From Candidatus Saccharimonadota bacterium (GTDB lineage: Bacteria; Patescibacteriota; Saccharimonadia; Saccharimonadales; UBA10212): a stretch of 64,000 nucleotides of DNA. Numbering within the stretch: the first letter of the stretch is position 1; each line of letters begins with the position of its first letter. Made by a program: the position numbers and the translations under genes. Below, piece by piece: positions 8,501 through 17,622 of this stretch. The notes beneath the pieces were generated by a model. It was not told where the DNA came from. It was given only the letters and a program-made list of their open reading frames with translations, and ran no database searches. Location of the stretch: assembly GCA_016176605.1 (NCBI GenBank), contig JACOWW010000002.1:41432-105431 (forward strand). The letters run 5' to 3'.

Positions 8501-10106
8501 GCGCGACCAAGCCAGATTGGCTAATGGCCTAGCCGTCCTAGGCGCCAGCAACTTCGGCGCGGCGCTCTTCCAAAACGCCGCTGACTCCACCATTGCCTTC
8601 CAGGTGCAGAATGCGGCGGGGACAAAGGTGCTTGGTATAGACACCCTAAATGGCGGACTTATTACTCATGCCCCGGCAACACTTCTAAGTGGCCAGTCGG
8701 CATTTACTCAAACCATTTCTACCAACGGGCCCGGTACGATTGATAGCTTTGTACAAAACGTGACAGTTGGCGCGACAGCTTCAATCAGCCGAGGTATGCA
8801 TATAACGGTAACAGATAATAATACCTTGGGCAGTGTCAACGCCGGACTACTGGTGAGTATGGAAGGAACCAATACAGCTCAGTCTCAGATCGGGGTGGAA
8901 GGAAGTGTTAACCGTGGAGTAGGCGTTTCCGGTATCTCGACCGGTGCGTCGGCCGGTAATAACTCATGTTCTCTTACTACCACATCAATTGGGGTATGCG
9001 GAAGTTCATCAGCCGGCACAGGTGTGACCGGTCGTTCCTCAGCGGCCGGAACCAGTTTAAGCGATACGCTTGGCAACGGTGTTTCTGGTGTAAACAATGC
9101 TGTTGCTACAGCCGGGAACTTTTACAAAGGCGTGCGGGGAGTAACCACCACTAATGCCAATGCGGCTTATACTGCAATAGGCGTAGCTGGTCAGGCTAAG
9201 GGTGGGACAGGCTCCACAACCTACGGCGGCTACTTTACACTTGATAGTGCATCAACCGGTACTGGGGCAGCTATTTACGGCAGTAACAACACGATAGCTA
9301 CAAATATTCTGCAGCTCCAGGATAACACCACCGACATATTTACGATAGCAGACGCAGGTGCAGTAACCGCCAAAAACTCCACCGACTCCACCACCGCCTT
9401 CCAGATCCAAAACGCCGCCGGCAGCTCCAACCTACTAATTGCGGACACCACCAACACTATTCTTAAAGTCGCCACCGCCGGCAGCCCGACACAGGCCGGC
9501 ACAACTCTCTTTGCCACGGTCGGTGAGTTTTCTGGGGCCTTGCGACTGGGCGACGGCACCAACTACGCCCAGTTTGACGGCACTACCCACGAGCTGACCC
9601 TCAACGGCAATGCCCGTCACACCCGTCGCATGATACTGTCGCCGGAATACGCCGGTGCCACCATGACCGCTGACGGTGCCAGCAACACCGGCACCATGAC
9701 CTCAGATAATATGACCAGTACTCCATTCCGTAATTTTTATAAATGGCTTAATACCCAGGGAACGGCCCAGGATTATGATATTTGGGTCAGGATTCCGCTG
9801 CCGTCGGACTTTGCGGCCATGGCCGCCACACCAACGCTTAGTCTTGATACGTATACATCAGATACGACCAATGGCACCGTCTTAGTTACGGTTTATGATA
9901 CTAATAACTCAGCAGACTGTACATCTGCTTCATTTACCCCGACAGCGACTACTACTTGGCAATCCAAAACTGCCACTACCTGTCTAGATACCGGCACTTA
10001 CGCCGCCAATGGCACAATAACGATTGATATAAAAATAACTGGGGCTGCCACCACTGGCGACACCCGCATCAGCAGTCTCTACTTTGATTACTTGAGTAAA
10101 TGGTAG
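2574..10106 (+). CDS. giant membrane-anchored modular surface protein (Zn-finger-like N-terminus, Pro-rich linker, TM helix, fibre-like repeats, beta-propeller and Kelch-like repeats)
   Basis: 2510-aa ORF; CxxC..CSxxC at aa 8-28; hydrophobic helix near aa 240-262; Thr/Gly/Ala-rich repeats; 53-aa repeats; NGYxYxxGG Kelch-like repeats. Confidence 0.85.
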   Translation: MALQNKICVGCSKQFEGRPNAKACSSKCRKRFFRARQAVKQEVEKLAELRDEIKQDIHGSLSLPQLAPAVADEVAEDSELESPTDNQPPFLDDLSSSQAVMAPKETQAAPPVSQDPVQPSVQTSFQPVEEPVFSQPPIISLEPPPPAPDKWEQLQNSWQNPAVVPAPQENAQAQAPVVDNAPAQAPTIPGSGEIQVPALLESTPYEAPTLENAPSSPVIVPEMPAAPKGPTNWFKNKPLSVTLAFVVLISLASGVFAITGLLRGSPENQTGLSLQQDTTDDSLLNVKDAKLTLNLDTTIVTKLGIGTVPTGDASLQVAGDIQSTATIFASGGGSSLSNAGLTINNVVVCTAAGCASNVAGVNVLLQNAVLGTQQIGNIYISGTVTAGNFSGSGAGLTGVNAAKLEGNAASFFTNASNLNTGTLADARLSSNVSLLGQTIDSGEILDGTITNVDIAAGAAITYAKLNLAASITNTDIATGAAIAYSKLNLAGSVVSTDITDATLVNADIAAAAAIDWSKINKAGSSLADLTTRSASDLTSGTLAIARGGTGAGTAQAAIDNLSGLTTTGDLLYYDGANSTRLARGANGNCLQSSAISIAWVACAGLINLQNAYDNGNTITTSDARNLTLTFADTATDANLVVSTATGSTGFTTISRADGAGTADPAQLLLIDNLDLDRAQPIGLKLQSAAGGLTTAIDATDPEIVTALAIGSNTITTTTTTIAATELDLLDGHDVALVDTNDAVATAIIGSGALASGSIAAGFGTISTANTITGTTLNGTTGINTGAGAGTQRIDLSGNLVNIGNITGTGAIILSATNAALTLQTTTSGNIVINGAGSLDVQDATTFAGTAGFNGVATFNTDVDITLAGTENLAITSDLAGTVNVLSLVATPSASAGTTRGFFIQQADSANTNGLDQALYIDNADTNLAIPAAISIQNSGGGGYTTIIDNAGTLISGAELNLLDGHDVALVDTNDAVATAIVGTGALAAGSLAAGFTTVAVGQGGTGATTFTANGVLYGNTTGAIQVTAAGTTNQCLIATTGAAPSWGSCAGATTTLQNAYDNDGDGSDSIIALTTADDSLIFRNPAAGGSDSTYILTLDQLSTGARGGLSIQSAGTSNLLLITDTTATASDVMTIADGGATTFKNQTNSTTAFQIQNAAGTSLLTADTSNLLVTVGGDLKIGQSTDVWSKASQATAGTIASGGTSGIDRVHGMTAVYNGSLYVGTDKTNAAEVYRYDGGTTWTKVSQATAGTIASGGTASIDGINTMTIYNGSLYVGTLEASAAEVYRYDGGTTWTKVSQATAGTIASGGTALIDRVHGMTVHNGSLYINTQKTNAAEVYRYDGGTTWTKVSQATAGTIASGGTASINSAHTAAVHNGSLYIGTQKTGAAEVYRYDGGTTWTKVSQATAGTIASGGTASIDQIHGMAVHNGSLYVGTEKANAAEVYRYDGGTTWTKVSQATAGTIASGGTASIDGINTMAVYSGSLFLGTLETDAAEIYRYDGGTTWTKVSQATAGTIMSGGTTLVSGVQASAVYNGKLYFGTFKTGAAEVYGYSAVATLSTNGSNGLNVEINGTSVASLSKAGAGLFQNSTNSTTAFQVQNSAGGQLFNIDTTNAVLTLNGVNGAALQAWQTNDSSGFTAYGELATAAANGYIYRIGGSPDGSAGVTSVIYAKINASGSVGTWNSTSALPTTLSDQGAVAVNGYVYAVGGWNGTVVVDSVYYAKINPDGTLGSWTATSSLTAARGQPGVVAAGGYVYAVGGYNSTAQTTVYYAKINADGTLGTWATTSALSVARAFGGAAVANGYVYYMGGDDAAAAASNVVQYSQINATDGTLAAWATTSTLPSAATHVPAATLNGYLYTIGGKISGNPSSTVSYAKLNANGTTDAWANDTNTLPAAIQFSGAATYNGYLYSLGGYTNAAGTTPTSAVYYASASRIKVAGSLDLVGTSGQTLADSGSGGSLTAGNTSIIGSLQVRDQARLANGLAVLGASNFGAALFQNAADSTIAFQVQNAAGTKVLGIDTLNGGLITHAPATLLSGQSAFTQTISTNGPGTIDSFVQNVTVGATASISRGMHITVTDNNTLGSVNAGLLVSMEGTNTAQSQIGVEGSVNRGVGVSGISTGASAGNNSCSLTTTSIGVCGSSSAGTGVTGRSSAAGTSLSDTLGNGVSGVNNAVATAGNFYKGVRGVTTTNANAAYTAIGVAGQAKGGTGSTTYGGYFTLDSASTGTGAAIYGSNNTIATNILQLQDNTTDIFTIADAGAVTAKNSTDSTTAFQIQNAAGSSNLLIADTTNTILKVATAGSPTQAGTTLFATVGEFSGALRLGDGTNYAQFDGTTHELTLNGNARHTRRMILSPEYAGATMTADGASNTGTMTSDNMTSTPFRNFYKWLNTQGTAQDYDIWVRIPLPSDFAAMAATPTLSLDTYTSDTTNGTVLVTVYDTNNSADCTSASFTPTATTTWQSKTATTCLDTGTYAANGTITIDIKITGAATTGDTRISSLYFDYLSKW
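6130..7235 (+). repeat. seven in-frame ~159-bp (53-aa) tandem repeats, probable 7-bladed beta-propeller
   Basis: ACCACCTGGAC recurs at 6291, 6450, 6609, 6768, 6927 and 7086. Confidence 0.9.
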
Positions 10107-10116
10107 GGGTAGGTGA

Positions 10117-11967
10117 ATGAAAAAAACATTAAGGTTAACACTGACCAGCCTAGGAATAATAGTTGCGGCTCTGGCTTTGGTTTTAACTCCCGGCTGGCTG
10201 CCCCAAAAACCGGCGGTTGGCCAGGGGCAACCAGTCCTAACAACCCCTAAACGCATTTATTTGCCCGATGAAAAACCGCATTTTACGCTTAAATTCCAAG
10301 CTTCACCGACCCAAAGTTCCTCTTTTGCGACTCAAAAAGTTTTAGCGGCCGAGCCGGTCCAAACCGAAGTGCTGTATAACGGCCAGCCTATAGATATGCC
10401 GGTTGTGGTAACCGAAACCAGCAGTGGGTTGGACTTGACTATTAACCCAAAGGAGCCGATCAAGCCCGGCAAATACACCCTAAAAGCTACCGTTAACACC
10501 GACGAAGGTCCCCGTACTACCAGCCAGAATTTTGCCTGGGGCGTGCTGGCTGTTAACACTGATAAAGCCACCTATCTGCCCGGCGAAACGGCGCTCATCC
10601 AAATGGCCGTGCTATCTTCGGACGGCCACACCATCTGTAACGCGCCGCTGTCGCTAACGGTTACGGCGCCCAATGGCCAAGAAACCACGCCCGCGGTCCA
10701 AGCTTCGGGTATCTGCCAGGGCGACACTTACGTACAAAAGCCGGACTACACCACCTCTTATCAGGTAGGCGAACCCGGCCGCTACAAAATGCTCCTGCGG
10801 CTGGCCGACAGCGACTACACGCTAAGCGATTACTTCGAAGTGGCCCCAACCGTAGCGTTTGATATCACCCGGACTGGCCCAACCCGCATCTACCCGCCAG
10901 TCGACTACGCCATGACCTTCCAAATCCACGCCAACCAAGACTTTATCGGCACGGTAACGGAGACTCTGCCCACTTCTTTCCAAATTACTCCTGGCGATGG
11001 CGGGCAGGTGATAACGGAAGGCGAGGTAAAAAAGCAAGTTAAATGGCAGGTAGACTGGGCGGCCGGCGGCGATTATGAGCTTAGCTACCATTTTAAAACC
11101 CCGCTCGTCAGCCCGGCCTTTTACTTCATCGGTCCGCTGACACTTTCTTCGGACGAGCAACAAATTTTTCAAGAATCGCGCCGCTGGCAAATCGCCGTTG
11201 ACGCCATAGTTTATGTCGGTGAACGCGGCACGCTCAATGTCAATAATGGCAGCGGTTTGACCCAAGCTGTTACCATGGCTTCTAACGCCACGGCCGGTAA
11301 TACGATTATTCTTGTCTTCGCCACCCGCGATACTGTTGCGACTGTGGATAGCATTGCCGACGGCCGTAGCAACACCTGGACTATAGATAAAGGTCCGCTG
11401 AATACATATAATAATCTTGTTTTTATTGCCTCGACGAGGCAAGATACGGCAACTTTACAGACTAACGATACAATAACAGTTACTTTTAATACTGCACCAA
11501 ACCAAGCCCGTCTAGCAGTGTTGGAGGAATTTTCAGGTCTGGCCACCTCAAACTATGCAGATGTCACAGCTTCTGCTAATGCCAGCTCCACTACTCAAAC
11601 CACAGGAACAACTGCTACTACTGCACAAAATGATGAGTTAGCAGTTACAGCTTTCAATATATCAGCCGACCCTTCTGGGGTCACCGCTACACACGACTCA
11701 AGCTACACCGATTTTACAACCTGGACCCAGCAAGCTCTCACCGGTGATGGGCAAGATAAGAGGCTTGCTACTCAATACAAAATTCTAACGGCAACAGGAA
11801 CTCAGTCTTCTACAATCACTCTTGATGCAACTCACGGCGCTCAAGGTATGATTGCCACCTATAAGATGGCAGCTGCTGGCTGTGGCTCGCCGACGACCGA
11901 TGATCTAATGCGACACGGCAATTACTTCTGCAGTGGCGCCGAACAAAGCTTCTTCTGGGCCTCCTAA
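10117..11967 (+). CDS. secreted or surface protein with Ig-like N-terminal region
   Basis: 616 aa, N-terminal signal/TM segment, beta-rich; starts 10 bp after the giant gene. Confidence 0.8.
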   Translation: MKKTLRLTLTSLGIIVAALALVLTPGWLPQKPAVGQGQPVLTTPKRIYLPDEKPHFTLKFQASPTQSSSFATQKVLAAEPVQTEVLYNGQPIDMPVVVTETSSGLDLTINPKEPIKPGKYTLKATVNTDEGPRTTSQNFAWGVLAVNTDKATYLPGETALIQMAVLSSDGHTICNAPLSLTVTAPNGQETTPAVQASGICQGDTYVQKPDYTTSYQVGEPGRYKMLLRLADSDYTLSDYFEVAPTVAFDITRTGPTRIYPPVDYAMTFQIHANQDFIGTVTETLPTSFQITPGDGGQVITEGEVKKQVKWQVDWAAGGDYELSYHFKTPLVSPAFYFIGPLTLSSDEQQIFQESRRWQIAVDAIVYVGERGTLNVNNGSGLTQAVTMASNATAGNTIILVFATRDTVATVDSIADGRSNTWTIDKGPLNTYNNLVFIASTRQDTATLQTNDTITVTFNTAPNQARLAVLEEFSGLATSNYADVTASANASSTTQTTGTTATTAQNDELAVTAFNISADPSGVTATHDSSYTDFTTWTQQALTGDGQDKRLATQYKILTATGTQSSTITLDATHGAQGMIATYKMAAAGCGSPTTDDLMRHGNYFCSGAEQSFFWAS

Positions 11968-12135
11968 CCCACCCCCCTTTACGGGTACGACCCATTAGTT
12001 GCAAGCACCAGCATTTTATTTTATTTATGGGTCGTACCCTTAGGTGGGGGTTGTAGTCTTGGATAGGTGTTGGCTGAGTAATCAAAAAATGTTATGCTAA
12101 CATATGAATCTGGGATAACCAACAGGCAAACAAAC

Positions 12136-12900
12136 ATGGCTAAAAACGTAATCGCGATCTTGAACCAAAAAGGCGGCGTAGGCAAAACTACCACCGCAAT
12201 TAATTTGGCGGCCTTTTTGACTAAAACCGGGCGGTCGGTGCTGGTCGTGGATGCCGATCCACAGGCTAACACCACCAGCGGCTTGGGACTGGATAAAAAC
12301 TCGCTGGACTCTACGTTGTACGACGTCCTGTTTTCGCACCCCGAAGCATCAACTACAATCCAAAAAATAGGCCGCGTTGGCTTATATTTGCTACCAGCCA
12401 ACGCCAACCTGGCCGGCGCCGAAGTGGAACTAGTAAATACGCCGGCCCGAGAACTTCAGCTTAAAAAAGTACTCGATCAATTGGACTTTGATTACATTTT
12501 GATCGATTGCCCACCATCGCTCGGTCTTTTATCGGTTAACGCTTTAAGCGCGGCGACAGACGTCCTAATTCCCGTACAAAGCGAATATTACGCCATGGAA
12601 GGCCTCAGCCAGCTTCTGGCCACCATCCAGCAGGTCAGGCAGGCCCTGAACCCCAATCTTAACATCTTAGGTGTCGTTATTACGCTTTACGATAACCGCA
12701 CATCTTTATCACAGCAGGTAAAGACTGAGCTGGAACGCCATTTTGGCGACAAACTCTTCGAGACGTTAATACCGCGTAATGTACGGCTGGCCGAGGCGCC
12801 GAGTTTCGGGCGTACTATAATAGAACATGATAAGTGGAGTAAAGGCGCCCGAGCCTACAAGGCATTAGCCAAGGAACTAGAAAGAAGACTACAATCATGA
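12136..12900 (+). CDS. parA: chromosome partitioning ATPase ParA/Soj
   Basis: NQKGGVGKTTT, DADPQAN, IDCPPSLG motifs. Confidence 0.95.
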   Translation: MAKNVIAILNQKGGVGKTTTAINLAAFLTKTGRSVLVVDADPQANTTSGLGLDKNSLDSTLYDVLFSHPEASTTIQKIGRVGLYLLPANANLAGAEVELVNTPARELQLKKVLDQLDFDYILIDCPPSLGLLSVNALSAATDVLIPVQSEYYAMEGLSQLLATIQQVRQALNPNLNILGVVITLYDNRTSLSQQVKTELERHFGDKLFETLIPRNVRLAEAPSFGRTIIEHDKWSKGARAYKALAKELERRLQS

Positions 12901-13040
12901 AGTTTACCGTTCACCGTTCACCGTTCACCGTGCATTTACGATTGGCCGTTTACAGTGAAAAGCTTAAAACAGAAAACAGAAAACATATTGAAAACCGAAA
13001 ACTGAAAATTGTAAACCGGCTGGGAGGCGTTTGTGGCTAA
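12897..13040 (+). other. 7-bp periodic repeat spacer carrying a 47-aa ORF that bridges parA and parB
   Basis: (TTCACCG)n then (GAAAACN)n; ATG overlaps the parA stop (ATGA); TAA overlaps the parB GTG by 8 nt. Confidence 0.65.
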
Positions 13041-13899
13041 ATTATCACTGGGCCGCGGCTTTGATACATTAATACCGACAGAACTTGATACTGCAATCCT
13101 GCAAGAAGAAGGTGTTCGTATACATAAATTACTCATTAGTGAAATAGTGCCTAATAAGGCCCAACCGCGCCGCGGATTTGACAAAACCGAGCTTTCAGGC
13201 CTCACGGCTTCCATTAAAAAACACGGTGTGCTGCAGCCCATAATTGTTGTCCGCCATAGTAAAGATGATAACTACCAAATTGTGGCTGGCGAGCGGCGCT
13301 GGCTGGCCGCCAAAGCAGCGGGCCTTAAGCACATACCCTCAATAGTCCGTTCACTACAAGAACTCGAACAGCTGGAACTAGCTATAATCGAAAATATCCA
13401 AAGGGTAGATCTCTCGCCGCTGGAGCAGGCCATGGCCGTGTATAAATTACAACATAAATTTAGCCTAACTTTGGAAGCCATCGCTGAAAAATTAGGCAAA
13501 GCCCCTTCAACCATAAGCAATATGGCCCGTTTACTAGAGTTGCCGGACGATGCCCGCCAGGCGCTACAAGATAGAAAAATTAGCGAGGGGCACGCCCGGG
13601 CAGTACTAGCCCTTAGAGGGAAGTCGAATAAACAACAAGAATTACTAGATTGTATATTAAACAACAGTTGGACTGTCCGCCAGGCCGAACAATTTGTAGT
13701 TGCCGCTAAAGCTGGTGCTTCTTTGGACCAGGCCAAAGGCCGCACAAAAAACGAGTCAGAAATTACAAAGAGTCTTTCCAGAAAACTAAATCGCGATGTA
13801 AAAGTCAGGCATACAGCCAAAGGCGGGCAGTTGATTATTCATTTTAAAAACGAAAAAGACCTAAGCAAGCTAGCAGAGCAGCTTGCTAAAGGCAAATAG
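13033..13899 (+). CDS. parB: chromosome partitioning protein ParB
   Basis: LGRG, GVLQPI, IVAGERRW, ENIQRVDL motifs. Confidence 0.95.
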   Translation: MAKLSLGRGFDTLIPTELDTAILQEEGVRIHKLLISEIVPNKAQPRRGFDKTELSGLTASIKKHGVLQPIIVVRHSKDDNYQIVAGERRWLAAKAAGLKHIPSIVRSLQELEQLELAIIENIQRVDLSPLEQAMAVYKLQHKFSLTLEAIAEKLGKAPSTISNMARLLELPDDARQALQDRKISEGHARAVLALRGKSNKQQELLDCILNNSWTVRQAEQFVVAAKAGASLDQAKGRTKNESEITKSLSRKLNRDVKVRHTAKGGQLIIHFKNEKDLSKLAEQLAKGK

Positions 13900-13998
13900 A
13901 AATTAGAAAATAGCAAATAGTATGCCGCACAATTTATCTACTCAACAAAAATTCTAGTCGCTGGTTCCTAATTACCAATTTCTGTTTCCTAGTTTCTA
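13894..13998. repeat. 7-bp periodic inverted-arm spacer between convergent genes
   Basis: AAATAGA/AATTAGA units followed by complementary TTCCTAA/TTCCTAG units. Confidence 0.7.
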
Positions 13999-14640
13999 AA
14001 ATCGTTGGGCTTTGCTTAGCGGGATGACACGTAGCGCTAATTTGCCGACAATTTTTTCTGCCTTGACTGGTCCAAAATAGCGCGAATCTTCAGAATTAGT
14101 GCGGTTATCACCGCTAACGAACACTTCATCACTGCCAAGTGTGATATCCGTATTGCCTGGGGTGGTAGGCGAAGCGATGCGATATAAGCCGCTTTTGTCT
14201 GGATCAAAACCACCCGGGTAGTCTTTGTTATAAACGCTAACTTGTTCGTTTTTAACCACCACTCGCTCGCCGGGCAGCCCTATTACCCTTTTGATTAGTT
14301 GTTTTTCGCGGTTTGTACCGAAGTTAAGACCCTCTTGGTTAAAGATTATTATGTCGCCGCGATGGGGAATATAGGCCTGTCCGCCCAGGCGCGCCAGAGT
14401 CCTGGGAATTTTATTCACAATTAAACGGTCGTTGTTTTGGAGGGTTGTTTCCATGCTGCTACCCTCCACTTGGTAGGACTGGATAACAAATTTGGTCAGT
14501 CCAAAAGCCAGGACAACTGCCGCCGCAATGATGCTGAGTGTCGAAATAACTTCTTTGGAACGGTGAGATAAACCGGCCCACTGACTGCGGATGCGACCAA
14601 AAAGCAAATCGCCGCTAGGAATTTTATTGTCGGGACCCAT
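13996..14640 (-). CDS. lepB: signal peptidase I
   Basis: GSSMETTL, LIKRVIGLPGE, GDNRTNSEDSRYFG motifs. Confidence 0.95.
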   Translation of the reverse strand: MGPDNKIPSGDLLFGRIRSQWAGLSHRSKEVISTLSIIAAAVVLAFGLTKFVIQSYQVEGSSMETTLQNNDRLIVNKIPRTLARLGGQAYIPHRGDIIIFNQEGLNFGTNREKQLIKRVIGLPGERVVVKNEQVSVYNKDYPGGFDPDKSGLYRIASPTTPGNTDITLGSDEVFVSGDNRTNSEDSRYFGPVKAEKIVGKLALRVIPLSKAQRF

Positions 14641-14709
14641 AAACCATCATTATAACCCATCAGGGTTGGCACAGTGCGTAGGTCCTGCTAATGCTATACT
14701 GGTCAAGAC

Positions 14710-16341
14710 GTGATACATGGTAAAAGGAAATCAAAAGTGTCCGCTGGCCGCAGACGCTCCATAGATGGAATTGTATCTGATGGCCGCCGTCTGGGCGTTC
14801 CTTCTGCCGAGCCGTTTCACCCGCATAGTCAGACGGATACACTTGGCGGCAGTCTGCGCCGAGCTGAAGGCTTTCATCCCATGCGCTCCGGCTCGGGCAG
14901 CATTGGGGTAACGGCCGCTGCGGCCGAAAACAGCTTAGCGCTAGACGAACCTATCGTTTTAGACGAACCGGCACTCGGTAAAAAAGAGCGGAAAAGTTCT
15001 CGTTTTTTTCTGCGAAAAATCGGGCTCAAACGGACCGCACTAACGCTTTTGGCTATTTTGCTGGCCGGCGCGCTGTTTTTAGGTATCAAGTTTTATATAA
15101 CAGAGCGGAACCTGTTCCGCGGCGGCGGCGGCGCGCCGGCACTGGCTTCTGACATAGATATCAACAAACTCAAGGGCGAAGGTGACGGCCGTATCAATAT
15201 CCTGGTTTTGGGTATCGGCGGTCCCGGGCATGAAGGCGCCGACCTGACCGATACAATAATGATGGCCAGTATTGACCCCATCAATAATCAGGTGGCACTG
15301 CTAAGTTTGCCGCGCGACCTTTGGATAAAAATACCAGGTAATGGCTCGCAAAAGGTTAACGCCGCTTTTGCCTATGGCAAAGAGGGCTCAAAAAGTAAAA
15401 ATCTTATTGACCAGCAAAGAGATGGGCTGGCCTTGCTCGACAAAGCGCTGACCCCCGTTATCGGTATACCTATCCACTACCATGCGGTTATTAACTTCAA
15501 GGCTTTTTCTCAAACCGTCGACGCCGTTGGCGGGGTTAGCTTTAATGTGCCCGAAACTCTTTATGACCCTAGCATTGCCTGGGAAAACAAGGGTAATCCC
15601 ACGATTGCCCAAAAAGGCCTGCAAAGCTTCAACGGGCAGCGCGCGCTACTATACGCCAAATCGCGCGAAACCTCTACCGATTTCGCCCGCAGCCAACGCC
15701 AGCGCCAGCTGATGGTCGCCCTAAAAGATAAAATACTGTCGGCTGGGACTTTTTCTAACCCAATAAAAATATCGCAGCTGCTCAGTAGTTTTGGCGACAA
15801 TATTTATACAGATTTTTCACTCAACGACATAAAGCGGCTATATGAAATTATCTCGAAGATCCCGTCAAAAGATATAAGTTCACTGGACTTGGTAACGCCG
15901 CCACACGACTTATTGACCACTAATGGGTTAAACGGTTTTTCCGTCGTCCAGCCTAAAGCCGGGCTTTATGAATACGGGCCATTGCAAAACTATATCCGTA
16001 ACGCCCTGCGGGATGGCTTATTGACCCGCGAAAACGCGCCGGTCGCTGTTTACAACGCAACAGACATAGCGGGCCTGGCCACCAAACAGGCAGATGTCCT
16101 CAAATCTTACGGCTATAACGTAACGGCCGTCGACAGCTTGCCCAAAGCGACAAATCCAGCCAAAACAGCATTAGTCGACCAAAGCGGCGGCTTGGCTAAG
16201 TACACTCGTCACTATCTCGAACAGCGGTTTAGTACCATAGCCCAAGACAGTCTATCTAAAAACGTAGGTGTATCACCGCCGGCTGGGACCAAATTTGTTA
16301 TAATTCTTGGCAAAGATGCCACGACCTACGCACCGCAATAG
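14710..16341 (+). CDS. LCP (LytR-CpsA-Psr) family protein with LytR_C domain
   Basis: TM helix, INILVLG, LTDTIM, SLPRDLW, DFARSQRQ; C-terminal VYNAT..GLA. Confidence 0.9.
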   Translation: MIHGKRKSKVSAGRRRSIDGIVSDGRRLGVPSAEPFHPHSQTDTLGGSLRRAEGFHPMRSGSGSIGVTAAAAENSLALDEPIVLDEPALGKKERKSSRFFLRKIGLKRTALTLLAILLAGALFLGIKFYITERNLFRGGGGAPALASDIDINKLKGEGDGRINILVLGIGGPGHEGADLTDTIMMASIDPINNQVALLSLPRDLWIKIPGNGSQKVNAAFAYGKEGSKSKNLIDQQRDGLALLDKALTPVIGIPIHYHAVINFKAFSQTVDAVGGVSFNVPETLYDPSIAWENKGNPTIAQKGLQSFNGQRALLYAKSRETSTDFARSQRQRQLMVALKDKILSAGTFSNPIKISQLLSSFGDNIYTDFSLNDIKRLYEIISKIPSKDISSLDLVTPPHDLLTTNGLNGFSVVQPKAGLYEYGPLQNYIRNALRDGLLTRENAPVAVYNATDIAGLATKQADVLKSYGYNVTAVDSLPKATNPAKTALVDQSGGLAKYTRHYLEQRFSTIAQDSLSKNVGVSPPAGTKFVIILGKDATTYAPQ

Positions 16342-16489
16342 CAAAGCACCCAGCAAAGCTGGCCGCTTTGCTATTGCTTCTGGCGCACTGCTGTGTCAGA
16401 AACTGCGCTGCTCGCTCACTGTATGTCAAATACAGCTCCCTCCACTGCTCGTTTCTTCCTTGCATTGCATCCAGATGCGTAAGTCGTGG
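16319..16489 (-). repeat. dispersed ~160-nt structured element, family A copy 1
   Basis: Core GGATGCA..CAAGGAAGA..GAGCAG..TAT..ATAC..GAGCAGCG..TCTGAC..GCGCCA shared with five other loci; terminal stem CCACGACYTACGCA. Confidence 0.8.
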
Positions 16490-16529
16490 TTTCACAAGAT
16501 TTATCCTAATTTGAAACCGGAGTTATTTG

Positions 16530-17282
16530 ATGCGCTCTATACTTCCTAACAAATTTAAACCAGCCAAGGGCTTTTCGCACGCCATCCACATAGCGCTACT
16601 AGCTCTTTTGCCAATCCTGGCTTATATCTTAGTGCGTATTAACTTTGTGTCTGTAGCCATCGGTCTAACTCTGATTAGTAAGTGGCGAATTGTAGCCGTA
16701 AGGCCCCGGTACTGGCTAGCCAACTTTATAGCTAACGGTGTGGATATAGTGGTCGGCGTTTCGTTTATTATATTCATGAGCAACACCTCAGTGACCTGGT
16801 GGCAACTGTTCTGGACTTTTCTTTACGCCGCATGGCTGATATGGCTTAAGCCTAGAAGCGATGTCTTGAGCGTTTCGGCCCAGGCTATGGCCGGTCAGCT
16901 GCTGGGGTTGGCTGTCATCTACCTTAAATTCGGCGACGCTTCTTTGGCGGGGCTGGTAGCGGGTACTTGGGCAGTGACTTACTTGGCCGCCCGCCACTTT
17001 CTGGCCAGCTTCGAAGAACCCCACACGGCTCTATTGGCGCACGCCTGGGCCTTTTTTGGGGCTTCGCTGGCGTTTGTCTTGGGCCACTGGCTGCTTTTTT
17101 ACGGCACGGTAGCCCAAACAATCGTCATTTTAACGACTATTGGCTATTGCCTGGCGGCACTTTACTATTTGGACGCCACGCAGCGGCTGAGCGCCTCCCT
17201 GCAGCGACAGATGCTGAGCATTATGACTGCTATATTAGTTATAGTGTTGGTCCTTTCCGACTGGACCGGCAGCACCGTCTAA
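16530..17282 (+). CDS. multi-pass membrane protein of unknown function
   Basis: ~250 aa, many hydrophobic segments. Confidence 0.8.
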   Translation: MRSILPNKFKPAKGFSHAIHIALLALLPILAYILVRINFVSVAIGLTLISKWRIVAVRPRYWLANFIANGVDIVVGVSFIIFMSNTSVTWWQLFWTFLYAAWLIWLKPRSDVLSVSAQAMAGQLLGLAVIYLKFGDASLAGLVAGTWAVTYLAARHFLASFEEPHTALLAHAWAFFGASLAFVLGHWLLFYGTVAQTIVILTTIGYCLAALYYLDATQRLSASLQRQMLSIMTAILVIVLVLSDWTGSTV

Positions 17283-17289
17283 CAACGGT

Positions 17290-17622
17290 GCCGTTATCCA
17301 TTTTCCATTTACCTTTTACCCCAGCACTAAATCTTGAAGCTCCATAATCTGCATGCCATGGCGACATGCCGTGGATTGCAGACTACTACGCTCAGGCTTT
17401 AGTGCGGGGCAGGCCATACATTTACCATTAGCCCCTCCTTCACCACCTCCTTCGCCAAAAAGCTTCGGAAGGTCAAGAAGGTTACGGAGGGCAGGCATTA
17501 ACCATTGAGCTTCATGGATAACGGTAAACCCAGCACTTAGCTTAAGTATCTTAGAGACTCGAGCTAAGTGCTGGGTAAACGGATAACGCAGGGTGAACGG
17601 TGAATGGTGAAAGGTAAACGGC
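17290..17622. repeat. composite nested repeat region
   Basis: 7-bp periodic arms at both ends, two CCCAGCACT-bounded hairpins and a CCTTCGC..GCTTCGG..GGCAGG palindrome inside. Confidence 0.65.
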
